Of a stretch of DNA of 64,000 nucleotides, positions 1 to 10,931 are shown in pieces. Source of the stretch: Lineus longissimus. Lineage: Eukaryota. The position numbers and the translations under genes were made by a program. How positions within the stretch are numbered: position 1 is the stretch's first letter; each line of letters begins with the position of its first letter. The stretch is taken from NCBI RefSeq assembly GCF_910592395.1, contig NC_088308.1:992001-1056000 (forward strand). Direction: 5' to 3'. The notes beneath the pieces were generated by a model. That model saw nothing but the letters and a program-made list of their open reading frames with translations, made no database searches and had not been told where the DNA came from.

Positions 1-101
1 ACGGATGGATATATCACACTCTTCAGGTTTGGGTAATATATGAAATGTAGATGGCCACTCCTCAAGCTTTCGTCCAATCATATCCAGTTTAACTTACTCA
101 C

Positions 102-1286
102 CTCCGAAGCAATACATCTTCTTGTAAACATGTACCTCAGCTTCCGTGAGAGCGTGTGCATTGTACAAGACAAGGCAGGCCAATTCCATATCAAGTCCAC
201 CGATTTCAGTCGTTGAGCCTTTATGGTGCAAGATGCCTGCTCCGAGATCTTTGTATTCGCACACGGTATTGATACAGGACATCGCAATTCCGGTAGAGAA
301 GTTGTACGAGGCGGCTATGTAGGTAAATTCCGAATCTGAAACGCGCGAGGTTGTTTCATGGGTATACTTGGTTCCATTTTGCGCAAGAAGGGATAGCCCA
401 AGCTGGAAAATTAGAATCACAATAGCATCAGCATGACCTGGTGGTGTTCGATGAGTGATGACAATCATACTGTCAACCTGAGCAACCTCATTTCTACCAG
501 AGTCTCAATAAATCATTGTAAGGATTCTACGTGGTATTTCACCACGATCAGGCGAAACGACAGTGCATTACAAAAGTGCGGGGGAAATCATTAGTTACTC
601 ATTTTCTATTTATTCCACTCTCATTCTACCAGTGCTTCTCTATTCTTTATCAAGTCACCGTAACTCAAGAATCGCGTGTGTTCTGAAGAGAGACAATGGC
701 CTTTTGTTACCAACAGCTTACAATCATGTAATTAACTAATAAATTGAGCTGTTCTGTGTGTGTCAATTACTGATCCCTTCTTTGTGTGACGAGACACTTG
801 TCTTTATCTTTGATAAAATATAGTTTACATCAACACTATTTTAGTTCGAGCTGTCTCAACCTTAAATCATCTTGAACAAGGGCAAGTGCCCCTAAACCAC
901 AATTACGTTTCTGCTACAAGTTAATGCTGCTTATAACATCAAAGAAAACATCTACTCCTTTCTCCTCACCTGTGTCCCTTTTAAGTAGACACCATCAGCA
1001 GGAAACGTATGCCATCTGATGACAACATTCATGTTGCTGACGACGACTGGGTCTACAAAGGCAGTCACCGTAAAACTTCTATGAGCATCCAGGAAAGAGT
1101 TAGTCTTCAACTTGGCAGTTTCAACGAAGGCGTAGGCTGAACAACACTTTCCATCTGGACCAACGAGAGCGAAAGAAAGCGCTGAATCAGGGAGATGGTT
1201 CCCATTGCCCGATAAATCAAATCCTTTCCTATGCCCGTTTAAAGGCCATATGGCCGAAGGGACGGGTATAGACCTACCCCATGTTC
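102..1286 (-). CDS. Laminin G-like / concanavalin A-like lectin domain protein (partial; exons 970-1286 and 102-402)
   Basis: Exon 970-1286 (tttcacttcag acceptor, GTGAGG donor) reads TWGRSIPVPSAIWPLNGHRKGFDLSGNGNHL...LDAHRSFTVTAFV...KGTQ. It joins in phase 0 to exon 102-402 (LGLSLLAQNG...FTYIAASYNFSTG...LVLYNAHAL). WPLNG/DLSGNGNH, SFTVTAFV and YIAASYN are typical LamG-type jelly-roll motifs. The first exon is unresolved (signal-peptide-like MTSTTKGCVTLLFVITLLQF at 1482 has only a weak phase-1 donor). The 3' end either reads to the stop at 94 or splices off-window. Confidence 0.7.
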
Positions 1287-2000
1287 CTGAAGTGAAAACC
1301 TACAGTGAGACGAATAGATCATTAGGAGCGGACCCACAGTCTTCGACGGAGTAACTTGTCAAGCTTTTAAAGTGTTTTTCAGATAGATCGGGCCAAAGGT
1401 ACTTGGCTGACCTCTTGTCACTAAACTGTAATAGTGTGATCACAAATAGTAATGTTACACAGCCCTTGGTAGTTGATGTCATAGTTAACCGGCATTAGTT
1501 GACATCGCTCAAGAGCTATACTCTGTTTCTTCAGCATTAGTTAGGCTTACCTAGTGTTGTGCAACACCACTGTTTTTGGTAAATGTGATCTGGTCGTATT
1601 AGTACCTTTGAATAGGACGATATGAAATACACTTTACCTCGAGAATCCCAGCTGCGTGATGTCATTTTTAAAGTGGAAGTTAGAAGCGAGAGGGAAGTGA
1701 TGCTTACATACGAATATTTGTAGTTGAAACAGCCGAATGTCCAGTTGACAAAAGATTCTACCTACCTCCGGAGATAAGATCCGATAAGATCAACAGAAGT
1801 ATATATCCAATCATATTGAAGTATTCAGACACGCGCCGCTTTTGTCGACATGTCCTCAGCCAGCTTCATTATAACCAGATCTACGAATATACGTAGATAT
1901 TTCAAACTGAGTGAAAATAGTCGGACACATGAGACAAACTCCAATCGATATCTTGGAACAACCAATCATATTCTGAGATGTTCATGATCACGTGACGATT

Positions 2001-2084
2001 TGACAAATCAATTCCTTTATTCTGTCCGTTTTAAGGCCTTGTGGCCGAAGGGACGGGTATAGACCCAATCCCTGTTCCTGAAGT
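2001..2084 (-). pseudogene. Truncated duplicate of the LamG exon 5' end with an in-frame stop
   Basis: Aligns to 1211-1293 including the acceptor. WPLNG (TGG CCT TTA) has become AGG CCT TAA. Confidence 0.75.
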
Positions 2085-2972
2085 TACGATATTTCTATGA
2101 ATCTGTTATTGTCTGTTGATAATTTCATATCAAGTTGCACGATGGGAACTCTATAGACTTCTTTAGTACCAAGTGTTCTGTCGTCAAGGGCTTATGGCTA
2201 AACTGGCGCTGTATCCAAGATCTGGACGTTCTAAACCTCTAAATCCCCAGCTTAGACGACACGTCAACATTACTTTCGTCGACACAAAGACACAAATTAT
2301 ATTATTTTTATTCATCGTTCTTCCTATGCGTTATTCATATTAAACGATCTATTCGAGGAATAATCATGAAGAAGCAAATCGATTTGTGAAAATTGTAAAC
2401 GTACTGGTCATTGTTGACGATAATAGTTATTTGTTTTATCGATCCGGTCAATCTTGCCGGTAACATCATAATGAGGATTTTCATTATTACTATTAAATTA
2501 CTAGTTCTTTAGAGCAGGCCTAACCAATGCTCTTTCACGGTGTCAACTAATGCCGGTCAACTGTGACACCGGCTGCCCAGGGCAGGACTGTGATTGTTAT
2601 AGTTTAGTGACAAGAGGTCAGCCAAGTATCTTTGGCCAGACTTCCCAGCCAAAACAACAAAAGAGATGACTCTTTTTTCCTGTTTCAATATAACAAGTGT
2701 AGGACCCTACCATTGTCCATGGTGATATCCTCCTGACCTCCTAGGTTTTTGCATCATAGCCCGGCCACATAGACCATGAGGTTCAGGATGCAATGATGTA
2801 GTAGGCCATTGCGCTTTTGATGTCAGTGATAGATAAAACAGGATATCATTTGAAAGCTCTCATTATTATTATCGTAAGTATACATGTATATGCTGTACAT
2901 TGTAATGTAATCCACTGATCATGGCTTCCAAACAGCTGTTATGATAACTGTTGCTCTGTGAACAGTTCAGTC

Positions 2973-5900
2973 TCATTTGATGTTCTTGGCTGCGTTCTGC
3001 ACCACCTCCAACATGATCGCCTGCGGAAGATCACAGAACGCGGCACTCTTCGTGACTTCTTCAAAGTTCTCCGATATGAAATCGAGGCACATCGTGCGGA
3101 TGTCGTCTGCAATGAAATGAGAGAAGTGATGGCGCTACTATACCTACAGTAGTTGCGTTCCGTTTAATGAGTGTCTTGATCTTGTCACCTTAATTATGGT
3201 TAAAAGTGTTACGAAGGTTTCAAAGAAAGAGACCAGATACAATGACCCATGACGACCTAAGACCGGCTATTTTGTAAGCAGGCTTCAACACAAACATAGA
3301 TGTGTCTCTTCGCGATGACGGCGTTTCATTGGTTGTTCATTATAAGCAACGGCTGTAGGTCAATTCGGAACGCCTCGTCAGAAATCAAAGCCGAGGATCC
3401 GTAAGCGACCAAGGACCTACCTAAGACTGGCAATTTGGTTGATGCCTCTGTGTAGATCTGTACAACATTCTCCGTGGTGATATCGCTTGCGAGTGTTCCT
3501 CTTACCACCTGTTTTAGGCCGTCCAGGGAAAACATGTCTGCAACTAGAGAAACGGAAGAACATGATAAATACAGGGCGCCTGGTGGGCCGATGCCTGTCA
3601 CCTGAGAGGAACTCCCAAAGCATTGCTGTGAATGTCGGTAATTTCTGAAAGGGAGACAAGTGAAGGTGTCAATATATGCGAATGGCGGTGAAAATCAATA
3701 ATGCCCGCCGGAGCTAATTCCGATCAATTCGAAATCTGTAGGCCCTATGATATATTTTAGCGGAGAAATTAATACTTGGTTACAAATTGTCATGATCGAG
3801 AAAAAAATATATGGATTATGCCTATGATTCAGGTATTCTGTTGAAATCACATTGCGTGGAAACTCAGACTATCGGTAAATCATACATTGACCAGTAGTGA
3901 GCATAAGGACAATGCTAGGCGTGGTCCATTCTTTTTAATATCAAATTACAGCAGCATTACACACTTGGTCAAATATCATTCACCCAAAAATAAGCACATC
4001 ATTGATTTCTGTGACGTGTTAATTCCCTGCAATTGTCAACAATAATCAGGTGAGCAAAATATGGGTCGTTTTTTACGCTGATCATATGACTGAAAGGTTA
4101 TTGACAGGAACAATGTAACGATAACGTCTGACCCATTTTATGCCTACTCCAGATGATGACGGATTTACATCTAAACATAATTAATGTAACATATCAATAT
4201 ATGCTGGAATCGATACCAATTTATCTATTAAAGGTGGTCACTTTTGATCCATCCGAAGACTTCTGAAGGTCTATTTGTGCTATGTGACTGATATGAATAT
4301 ACACCTAATGAACTGAATGAGTAATTACAGGTTGACCGTGAGCGGGCTAGCTTTGAAATGTCACTGATCTTCGAGTTCTGACAAAATCATGCATCGTGCG
4401 TTATTCTTAATGTTAGTAACATCACTTGATTATCTGTCTTCTATGTTGAGAAGGGAAACGAATGAAGTCTTTATAGACGTACTGTTGTGGTATAGGCTAT
4501 GGTTAGGTCATCCAAATCGACAAGATTTGGGTATGACCCACGACTCGTTACTTCAACTGGACTGGCATTGATTTTAAGACTGAGATTAAGTGCAAGAGGC
4601 TTCATCGAAACAACTGGATGTACTTTATCAAAACCAAGTTTCAACCTGGGGACTGCCATTGTGCGCAATAGAGGTTAACAGTAAATGTGTTACATCTTTT
4701 ATTCAGTACGATGCTCACGGGGTGAACTCAATAACAGCGACATTGATGGCTGCCTCACACTCACCTCTCATTAATTCTACCAAGGTAAACGAATCCAACT
4801 TCGACCATATTTTGTTTGAGTATATGAATTCCAACATGGCTAAGAAAGCTTCTGGGCTAATGTCCGGCATGCGAATCGTATTCTGAATAATAATATATGA
4901 GAGAACATATTACATTGCGCTAAGTGATCCACTACTGTCAAGAACCGAGCAAAAACGTGAAATTCGTTCAGTTATCTAATAACTATGTTCTTTGTTTCTA
5001 AATCAAAATGTGGTATTTACCTTGTATATATTTTAAACTACCATGTGCTCAAAATATCGAACATGGCTTGGGGCCACTACAGAGTTGTAACTAAATCCGG
5101 GCGTTGCATTCATAACTAAAGTAACGTTATGCCTAATAACCTTGAGCACATTCCACCAAGTACTGCAGCAACATGTACCAGTCAGGCAAGGTTCCCAGTT
5201 TTGCGAGTTGTCGCTACTTCTGGCTATGGTCGGTACTATCTGCTTTGCCATCCATGTCCAAGTCATGCTCGCCTTGGCTAGATTTACGAGTCGACCCCGT
5301 GTCGGTAAAGCTAGATCTACGCCGTGGTAGGTTCTTTGCCTGACGAGTGATTCCGTACCTGACTAGCAGACTCCCTGAGTCCATCACAGAACATGGCCCT
5401 GAAGTAGTCACTCCGACTGACGAGGACATTGCGATGGGCATAGAAGGTCTGCCCCTCCACCTCGAACTGAACATCACTGAACCGTTCACTGTTGACGAGA
5501 GAATGGTAGTCTTCGGATAGATTCGTCATGGAGGGCTGGCTACCTGGCAATATATGGAACTCTGCAGATTAAGTTTTCATCAGTAGCGAATAAGTATAGT
5601 TGCCAATACTTCGGTAACACTGGCTAGAAGGAACAGTTCGTTGCTGTAACCCACTTTAGCAACAGAAGAAGCAATCTTTCACTAATGTTCAGCAAAAACA
5701 ATTCTTGGTAGGCCCTTATATTATCAAAACGGCAGTTGGCCAAGGACTTCACATTTAGTCCATTTTGTCATCCTGATCGTCTTTCCGGTACCGGGCGACA
5801 GGATGAATCGGTCCACTGCGTCCGGAGTGTATTTCAAATATGAGCGGTTACGATGTATAGCTACTAAGATGTTTGGCAACTCCCATTTCCCACTCAGCCT

Positions 5901-7491
5901 CTAGTTCATATTCATTGCTATTGAGAACGCTGACTTATCAGCATCCGCACATAACATGGTCATTCACAACACCTCCCAAAGTTTGCCGGGCAGCGTACAG
6001 TGTGCCATGAGCTATGAAAGGTCTTAGCAGTCAGTGCGGGTGCCTTGTACCAAACTGGAACTTACCAACGTCATGCAACATCCCATAGAGCTGGATAGCA
6101 TCTATCTGTACCCACGTACCAGCTATACTACAATCGATGTAAACTGCTACAGCATTCGTTTTGAAATTTACTTTCTGAAATAGGCAAGTACATGTAATTA
6201 CAGTTACACTTAATCCTAAACGTAACCTGGACCGAAAAAACGAGAATCGTGTCTAGACTTGCAAATAAAATTTAACATCTCACCAAATTTGCTGTCAAAA
6301 ATCACTGAAATGTTTTAGAGGATCTAAATTCTCCAACTTACCGAGAGATCAAGCGGTGGTGTAAATATCCGACTCTGTTCTATATTGCTGACCTTCTCGG
6401 TCTGCCACACCTGGACCCATTCCCCAGACGGATGAAGCAGGTCGATCTTCTTGACGCCGCCAGCGTGGAATGTCTCGTAGACGTCTATCCTGGTCACGTA
6501 CACAGCCCTTTCGAAGGTCATCTGAAGGCGAAGAAGGAGGTTCGGTAGGCATACAGATGATTAGGAAAACACCAAGCCCTTGACGTAGGGCGGAATCAGA
6601 AGTCAGTGGACTCGGGTTTTTTCTTTTTGATTATGTTGGTGAGCGCATGCAAGGAGAGTAGCGTGATATTTAGGTCCCCAAACTTGTTCAAAGCAGTTTT
6701 TGAAGACCTGTTTATGTCTCCGATGGTTGTTCTTACGGTCAGTTCCATCAGTGGCAAACGAGGGAACCGCCCGGCGACCAAAGAGCCAAGATGGACGCGA
6801 CAGACACGTGACGGCAGACAGCTGAGGCTCGGAATTGTGGCACTGAGCAGATGAACAGATACAAGTCCATGGTTTTCGGGCATGAAATGAAGTGAGTTTC
6901 CCATGTCTTGTATTGGACGTAGTGAAACTTGGTCGTAAGATTCCCATATTTCTGTTACCAAACTGTTATCTAAAACTTAATAAACGGACTTTACCTTCAG
7001 GTATTCATTGGCGGTATGAGTACCCGGGGACCAGGCCTTATCTATGTCCCCATAGTGCGGATAGACCCGCGGTGGGCCCAAAACATCAGTCGCCTTCCAT
7101 CTGAAAAGGGAGATGGATGCTGTTACATTGAGCATTGTTGTTCGATAGGAAGAATTAATGTGTCATTCGTCTTTGGATGTGAAAATTGGAAAGCATGCCG
7201 GGTCCTTTTCGCGCCGTTTTCGATTCGCTTTGAAATTTGATTGTGCTGGTGATTTGTGACGAAAACGTCTCAAAAGAATGATAGGCGATAAATGTGCAAC
7301 ATCCTCAGCCATGCGTCTTGATTTTACAATAAGTAACGAAACTTGAATGCCTACCTGTTCTGTCCGTACTGGCTTGAGTAGGACAAGATGTCCTGAGCCC
7401 ATTGTTTGATGGTTGCCTTGCACTCCTTGCTCCCTCCTTCGCCCTCCTCTCTGGGGTCCATTGGAATCGTACAAGCCACTGGGTGAGCCAT
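2973..7491 (-). CDS. BTB/POZ-BACK protein with an N-terminal FBXL4-like (discoidin/galactose-binding-like) domain, ~359-369 aa
   Basis: Eight GT-AG exons with consistent phases: 7355-7491 (or ATG 7461), 6995-7100, 6342-6521, 6066-6174, 5359-5561, 4765-4882, 3421-3543, 2973-3106. N-domain motifs QWAQDILSYSSQYG, LGPPRVYPHYGD, VYETFHAGGV, SRIFTP, QIDAIQLYG. BTB motifs FSDVQFEVEGQTFYAHRNVLVSRSDYFRAMF and FLAMLEFIYS. BACK-like tail ENVVQIY...CLDFISENFEEV. Confidence 0.9.
5731..5860 (+). repeat. Dispersed repeat, probable old SINE central domain (copy 1; other copies near 30610-30710 and 51908-51995)
   Basis: Shares gtcatcctgatcgtcttt..accgggcgacagga with 30642-30679. Shares ggcagYtgNccaag and ggtccactgcRtccggagtgta with 51910-51995. 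Confidence 0.6.
7156..7297 (+). repeat. Diverged direct copy of the 5' region and start codon of the EGF gene (8986-9128), inside BTB intron 1
   Basis: Long identical blocks tcattcgtctttggatgtga and cgctttgaaatttgattgtgctggtgatttgtgacg. gaATGa is conserved at 7278 versus 9110. Confidence 0.9.
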
Positions 7492-8500
7492 CGCCAGCAC
7501 GTGAGGTCGTCAGTGACTGCCTTGAAGCAATCCAGCGCAGTGCCGTAAGCGGTGTAACGATACTGATGGAATCTCGTAGGCGTGGTTCTCCCAATTACAA
7601 TCGCTGCATCTATCAACACCAATCAAGGCTGATAACGGAAATCATATTGAACTCTTTCAATTGAATGCTATTATAGATCAATTAAATGCCCGCGGTATTC
7701 TCAGAGGACTTGCTAGAATCATCCCTACCGTAACTGCCTGGATTGAAATCGATAGAACCATGGTTGTCATTTCTGTGGGTACAGAAATGGCGTTCAACGA
7801 CCCCTAAGATGATGCTGGAAATGTGGGCAGTTAGTAAAGCCATAATAGATTAATATTATGCAGAATTGGCAACAAGTTATTCAAACATAGACTTATCGAT
7901 GTGGAAATTTACTCTTGCTTTACGCTCAACAATATCAGAAATTTGTAAAAACCGAACACCATTTGTTCACCGATCTCGCTTTCAATTCACAGGCAATCAC
8001 AAGACGAGTAAAATTGATACGAACCAAAATCAATAGTCCACAGTAAACACTATAATACAGGAAACACACTAAACAACATTATTCGTATTTTTGTCCAATG
8101 TTACACTGACTACTCCAACGGATGCAAATACGACAGCGTTACTCTGTTAACTATGAACGATCAATTAGAGTACTAAACATAGCGTGTGTTGTACGCGTAT
8201 ATGTTTTCCTTTAATGTATACATGTACATGTAGACTAATACCTGCACATACCCTGGGAATAGTATACATTGTACTTAACATGCAAGGCTTTATGATGTAA
8301 TAACCGTTTAACATGCACCATAATAGCCATACCGGCTATGCGCATGCTTCTATTCATTAAAGGTTACCACAACAGGCATCTAATACAATGTGAATGCTCA
8401 CATTCAATACTTCAACGCAGAGGGTTAATGGCGGACATTAGACCTTTCAATAACCGAGATACCAACTACTAAAACCCTTTGTGGTACTGTGAAAGATATT

Positions 8501-8770
8501 ACCAATACCCCAGTCCGAAGATAGCAAAGTCCTGAGATAGCAACTACATCCCAGACCTGAGATAGCAATCAGTCGCCTGATAGCAGTCAAAAATACCCCA
8601 GTCCTGAGATAGCAATCACCAATGCATCAGTCGCCTGATAGCAGTCACCAATACCCCAGTCCTGAGAAAGCAATCACCAATACCCCAGTCTTGAGAAAGC
8701 AATCACAAATACCCAGTCCTGAGAAAGCAATCACAAATACCCCAGTCCTGAGAAAGCAATCACCAATATC
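8501..8770. repeat. Minisatellite, ~29-bp unit (accaataccccagtcctgagaaagcaatc), about 9 variably degenerate copies
   Basis: Periodicity is visible directly, e.g. units at 8647 and 8676. Confidence 0.9.
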
Positions 8771-9109
8771 CCAATCATCAACACACCAATCCCGGATGTA
8801 CCTTTATTACTCCATCATCCATTAAAAAGCTGAGTTATTTATCATTCCAGACGAAATTGATCATTGAAGTTTGGAAATTTTGGCGATAAACCCCGTGCAG
8901 CATCCGTGACGACAGTCAACAGAGCCGGGGACGTTACGGTATGACACCGGGAAACCCGCATAGCTCAGACGGATCAGGATGTCTGTAATGTCTTTCATTC
9001 GTCTTTGGATGTGACAATTCGAAAGCATGTTGGGTCCTTTTCACGCCTTTGTCGTTACGCTTTGAAATTTGATTGTGCTGGTGATTTGTGACGGAAACGT
9101 CTTCGAAGA

Positions 9110-10567
9110 ATGACGACGATGGGTGTGCGATGGAAAGTTCTCATGTTTGCTGTTCTTTCCGCCGTTCTGATTGTCCGCGAGTGCAGTTATGGTTCCAAGG
9201 ACCACTTGTCTTCTGAGCATGATGAAGTCGTCGTTGAAACTCACGAAGGAAACGAAGGGTTTGATTCTGCCAATATCACTGATAAGTTGATAGATTGGAA
9301 TGCAGAAGAACGTGATTCAGAAGCCTATTCAAATGTCCATACGCGAGGCAAACTCCGAGAAAAACGTGAGGACAAGACGGTGTCAATGATGGTACAAGAC
9401 GTTGGTCAATTTCTTGCTGGATACAAGTATCACAGTATTGACCACAGGGTTTGGGACCTCATGGCAAGTATGGATAAAACTAACGCTGCAACAGGTGGAC
9501 GGAAGGTTATTACTTTGACTGATCAGTCACGCAAAGGCGCGTTCGTAAGGAATTTCCCGATACCAGCTTTGAAAGACTTGAACTCCGACGTACGGGAAGC
9601 TTGCGACAGGGGCTTTGCCGCGTGCCTGGCGAAAATTTACACCACTGCTTACGAGAGTCCCCTGAGGATGAAGGAAAGGATGGGATCGGTGGGTTATTCA
9701 AAAGAGTCTGCTCCCAACCACGACACACCAGAGGGCTTCGCTTATAAGCACATGTATCGACCCTTTAAATCATTTTTAGAGCGATTCGAGTACAGAGTGA
9801 CGGCAAGTTACTACATGTGCTGGTACACTCTCAACATGGAACCCAATCTCAAGTTTTTCCAAACGAACTGCAACGATGCTGGTCTTGACCTCCGGGCCTA
9901 TGGCGGCACTAAGTATAGAATACCTGATTATCGGAGGGACCTTTACAGCACTGAACCATATGCGTGTGCCCTTCTTTCGTTTTGCCCGGACATTTGCTAT
10001 GGTGATATTTTTGTCAGAGATGCTAAACAAATAGTGAGTTTAGAGCAGTGTGTCAAATCGAAGAACAATCCCTGCAAGGACGTAGGAGACGGCCAGTGTT
10101 CACCCGACTTCACAAACAACAAGAGTTTGAAAGACCTCATAAACAACAAAATAAACTACACGTGTTCGTGTAATAAGGAGCGGGAAGGATTCGAATGGAA
10201 CCACCGTTTTAAGATGTGCGTTGACGCAGACGAATGCAGCAATGGAACGCGCGTCTGCGACAACCACCAAGTGTGTCGCAACACTCCAGGGAGTTACTAC
10301 TGCGCCTGCTATCGCGGATACAAATCCGACTCAACCGGGGCGAACTGTGTGAAGGATACAGATGCGTTTAAGTTACCCTGGGGGGCTGGTTCGGGCGCTT
10401 TCGTCACAACTGTATCGCCTGTTGATGCGATGGATCAGCCCGAAGACGTTGCCGAGTCGATTGCGAATTACATCGGCATGGGCGAGTCCGGGGCAGGCAA
10501 GTCACAAGCGACAACGCTGTGGATCCTTTTCGTCGTCACAGCATTCCTGAGACAGCGGACAATTTGA
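9110..10567 (+). CDS. Intronless secreted Cys-rich protein with a calcium-binding EGF domain and probable GPI anchor, 485 aa
   Basis: Signal peptide (VLMFAVLSAVLIV), furin-like KLREKR and a Cys-rich core (CDRGFAACL, YYMCWYT, CALLSFCPDIC). cbEGF consensus DADEC...CRNTPGSYYC. Small-residue omega region ESGAG followed by hydrophobic tail TLWILFVVTAFL. AATAAA at 10698, 10850, 10863 and 11039. Confidence 0.9.
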   Translation: MTTMGVRWKVLMFAVLSAVLIVRECSYGSKDHLSSEHDEVVVETHEGNEGFDSANITDKLIDWNAEERDSEAYSNVHTRGKLREKREDKTVSMMVQDVGQFLAGYKYHSIDHRVWDLMASMDKTNAATGGRKVITLTDQSRKGAFVRNFPIPALKDLNSDVREACDRGFAACLAKIYTTAYESPLRMKERMGSVGYSKESAPNHDTPEGFAYKHMYRPFKSFLERFEYRVTASYYMCWYTLNMEPNLKFFQTNCNDAGLDLRAYGGTKYRIPDYRRDLYSTEPYACALLSFCPDICYGDIFVRDAKQIVSLEQCVKSKNNPCKDVGDGQCSPDFTNNKSLKDLINNKINYTCSCNKEREGFEWNHRFKMCVDADECSNGTRVCDNHQVCRNTPGSYYCACYRGYKSDSTGANCVKDTDAFKLPWGAGSGAFVTTVSPVDAMDQPEDVAESIANYIGMGESGAGKSQATTLWILFVVTAFLRQRTI

Positions 10568-10654
10568 CCGACTGCGATTGTACACACATGTAGCCAGAGT
10601 GTATCCTGTTATGCTACATGATCTGAGACTGAGCCGAGGAGCAGGTCATGGGAG

Positions 10655-10931
10655 GGGGATCTTGGGAAGGTGGAAGCGTAGGGCCGGTCCTTGGTGAATA
10701 AACATGTTACCCAATCTTGGAGGACACGAGACGTCATCATTCTCTACGCTTTGTCTTTGTGAGGTTTTAGAGACCACAGAAATATCTCGGGGGCAGGCCA
10801 GGGGGATGGAAATCTTGGGAAGTTGAAAGCGTAGGCCCAGTCCATGGAGAATAAACGGTTAGAATAAACATGTCATCCAATCTTGGAGGACACGAGACGT
10901 GATCACCGGTCGTCATCACTCTCTACGCTTT
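10655..10931 (+). repeat. Tandem ~100-120 bp direct duplication in the EGF gene 3' UTR
   Basis: 10655-10752 versus 10808-10931 share atcttgggaag, gaataaacatgt, ccaatcttggaggacacgagacgt and tctctacgcttt. Confidence 0.85.

Noticed and set aside
8501..8825. 29-bp repeats as a CRISPR array or the 67-aa ORF as a gene
   Set aside because: Contiguous tandem units with no spacers and no cas genes; eukaryotic context.
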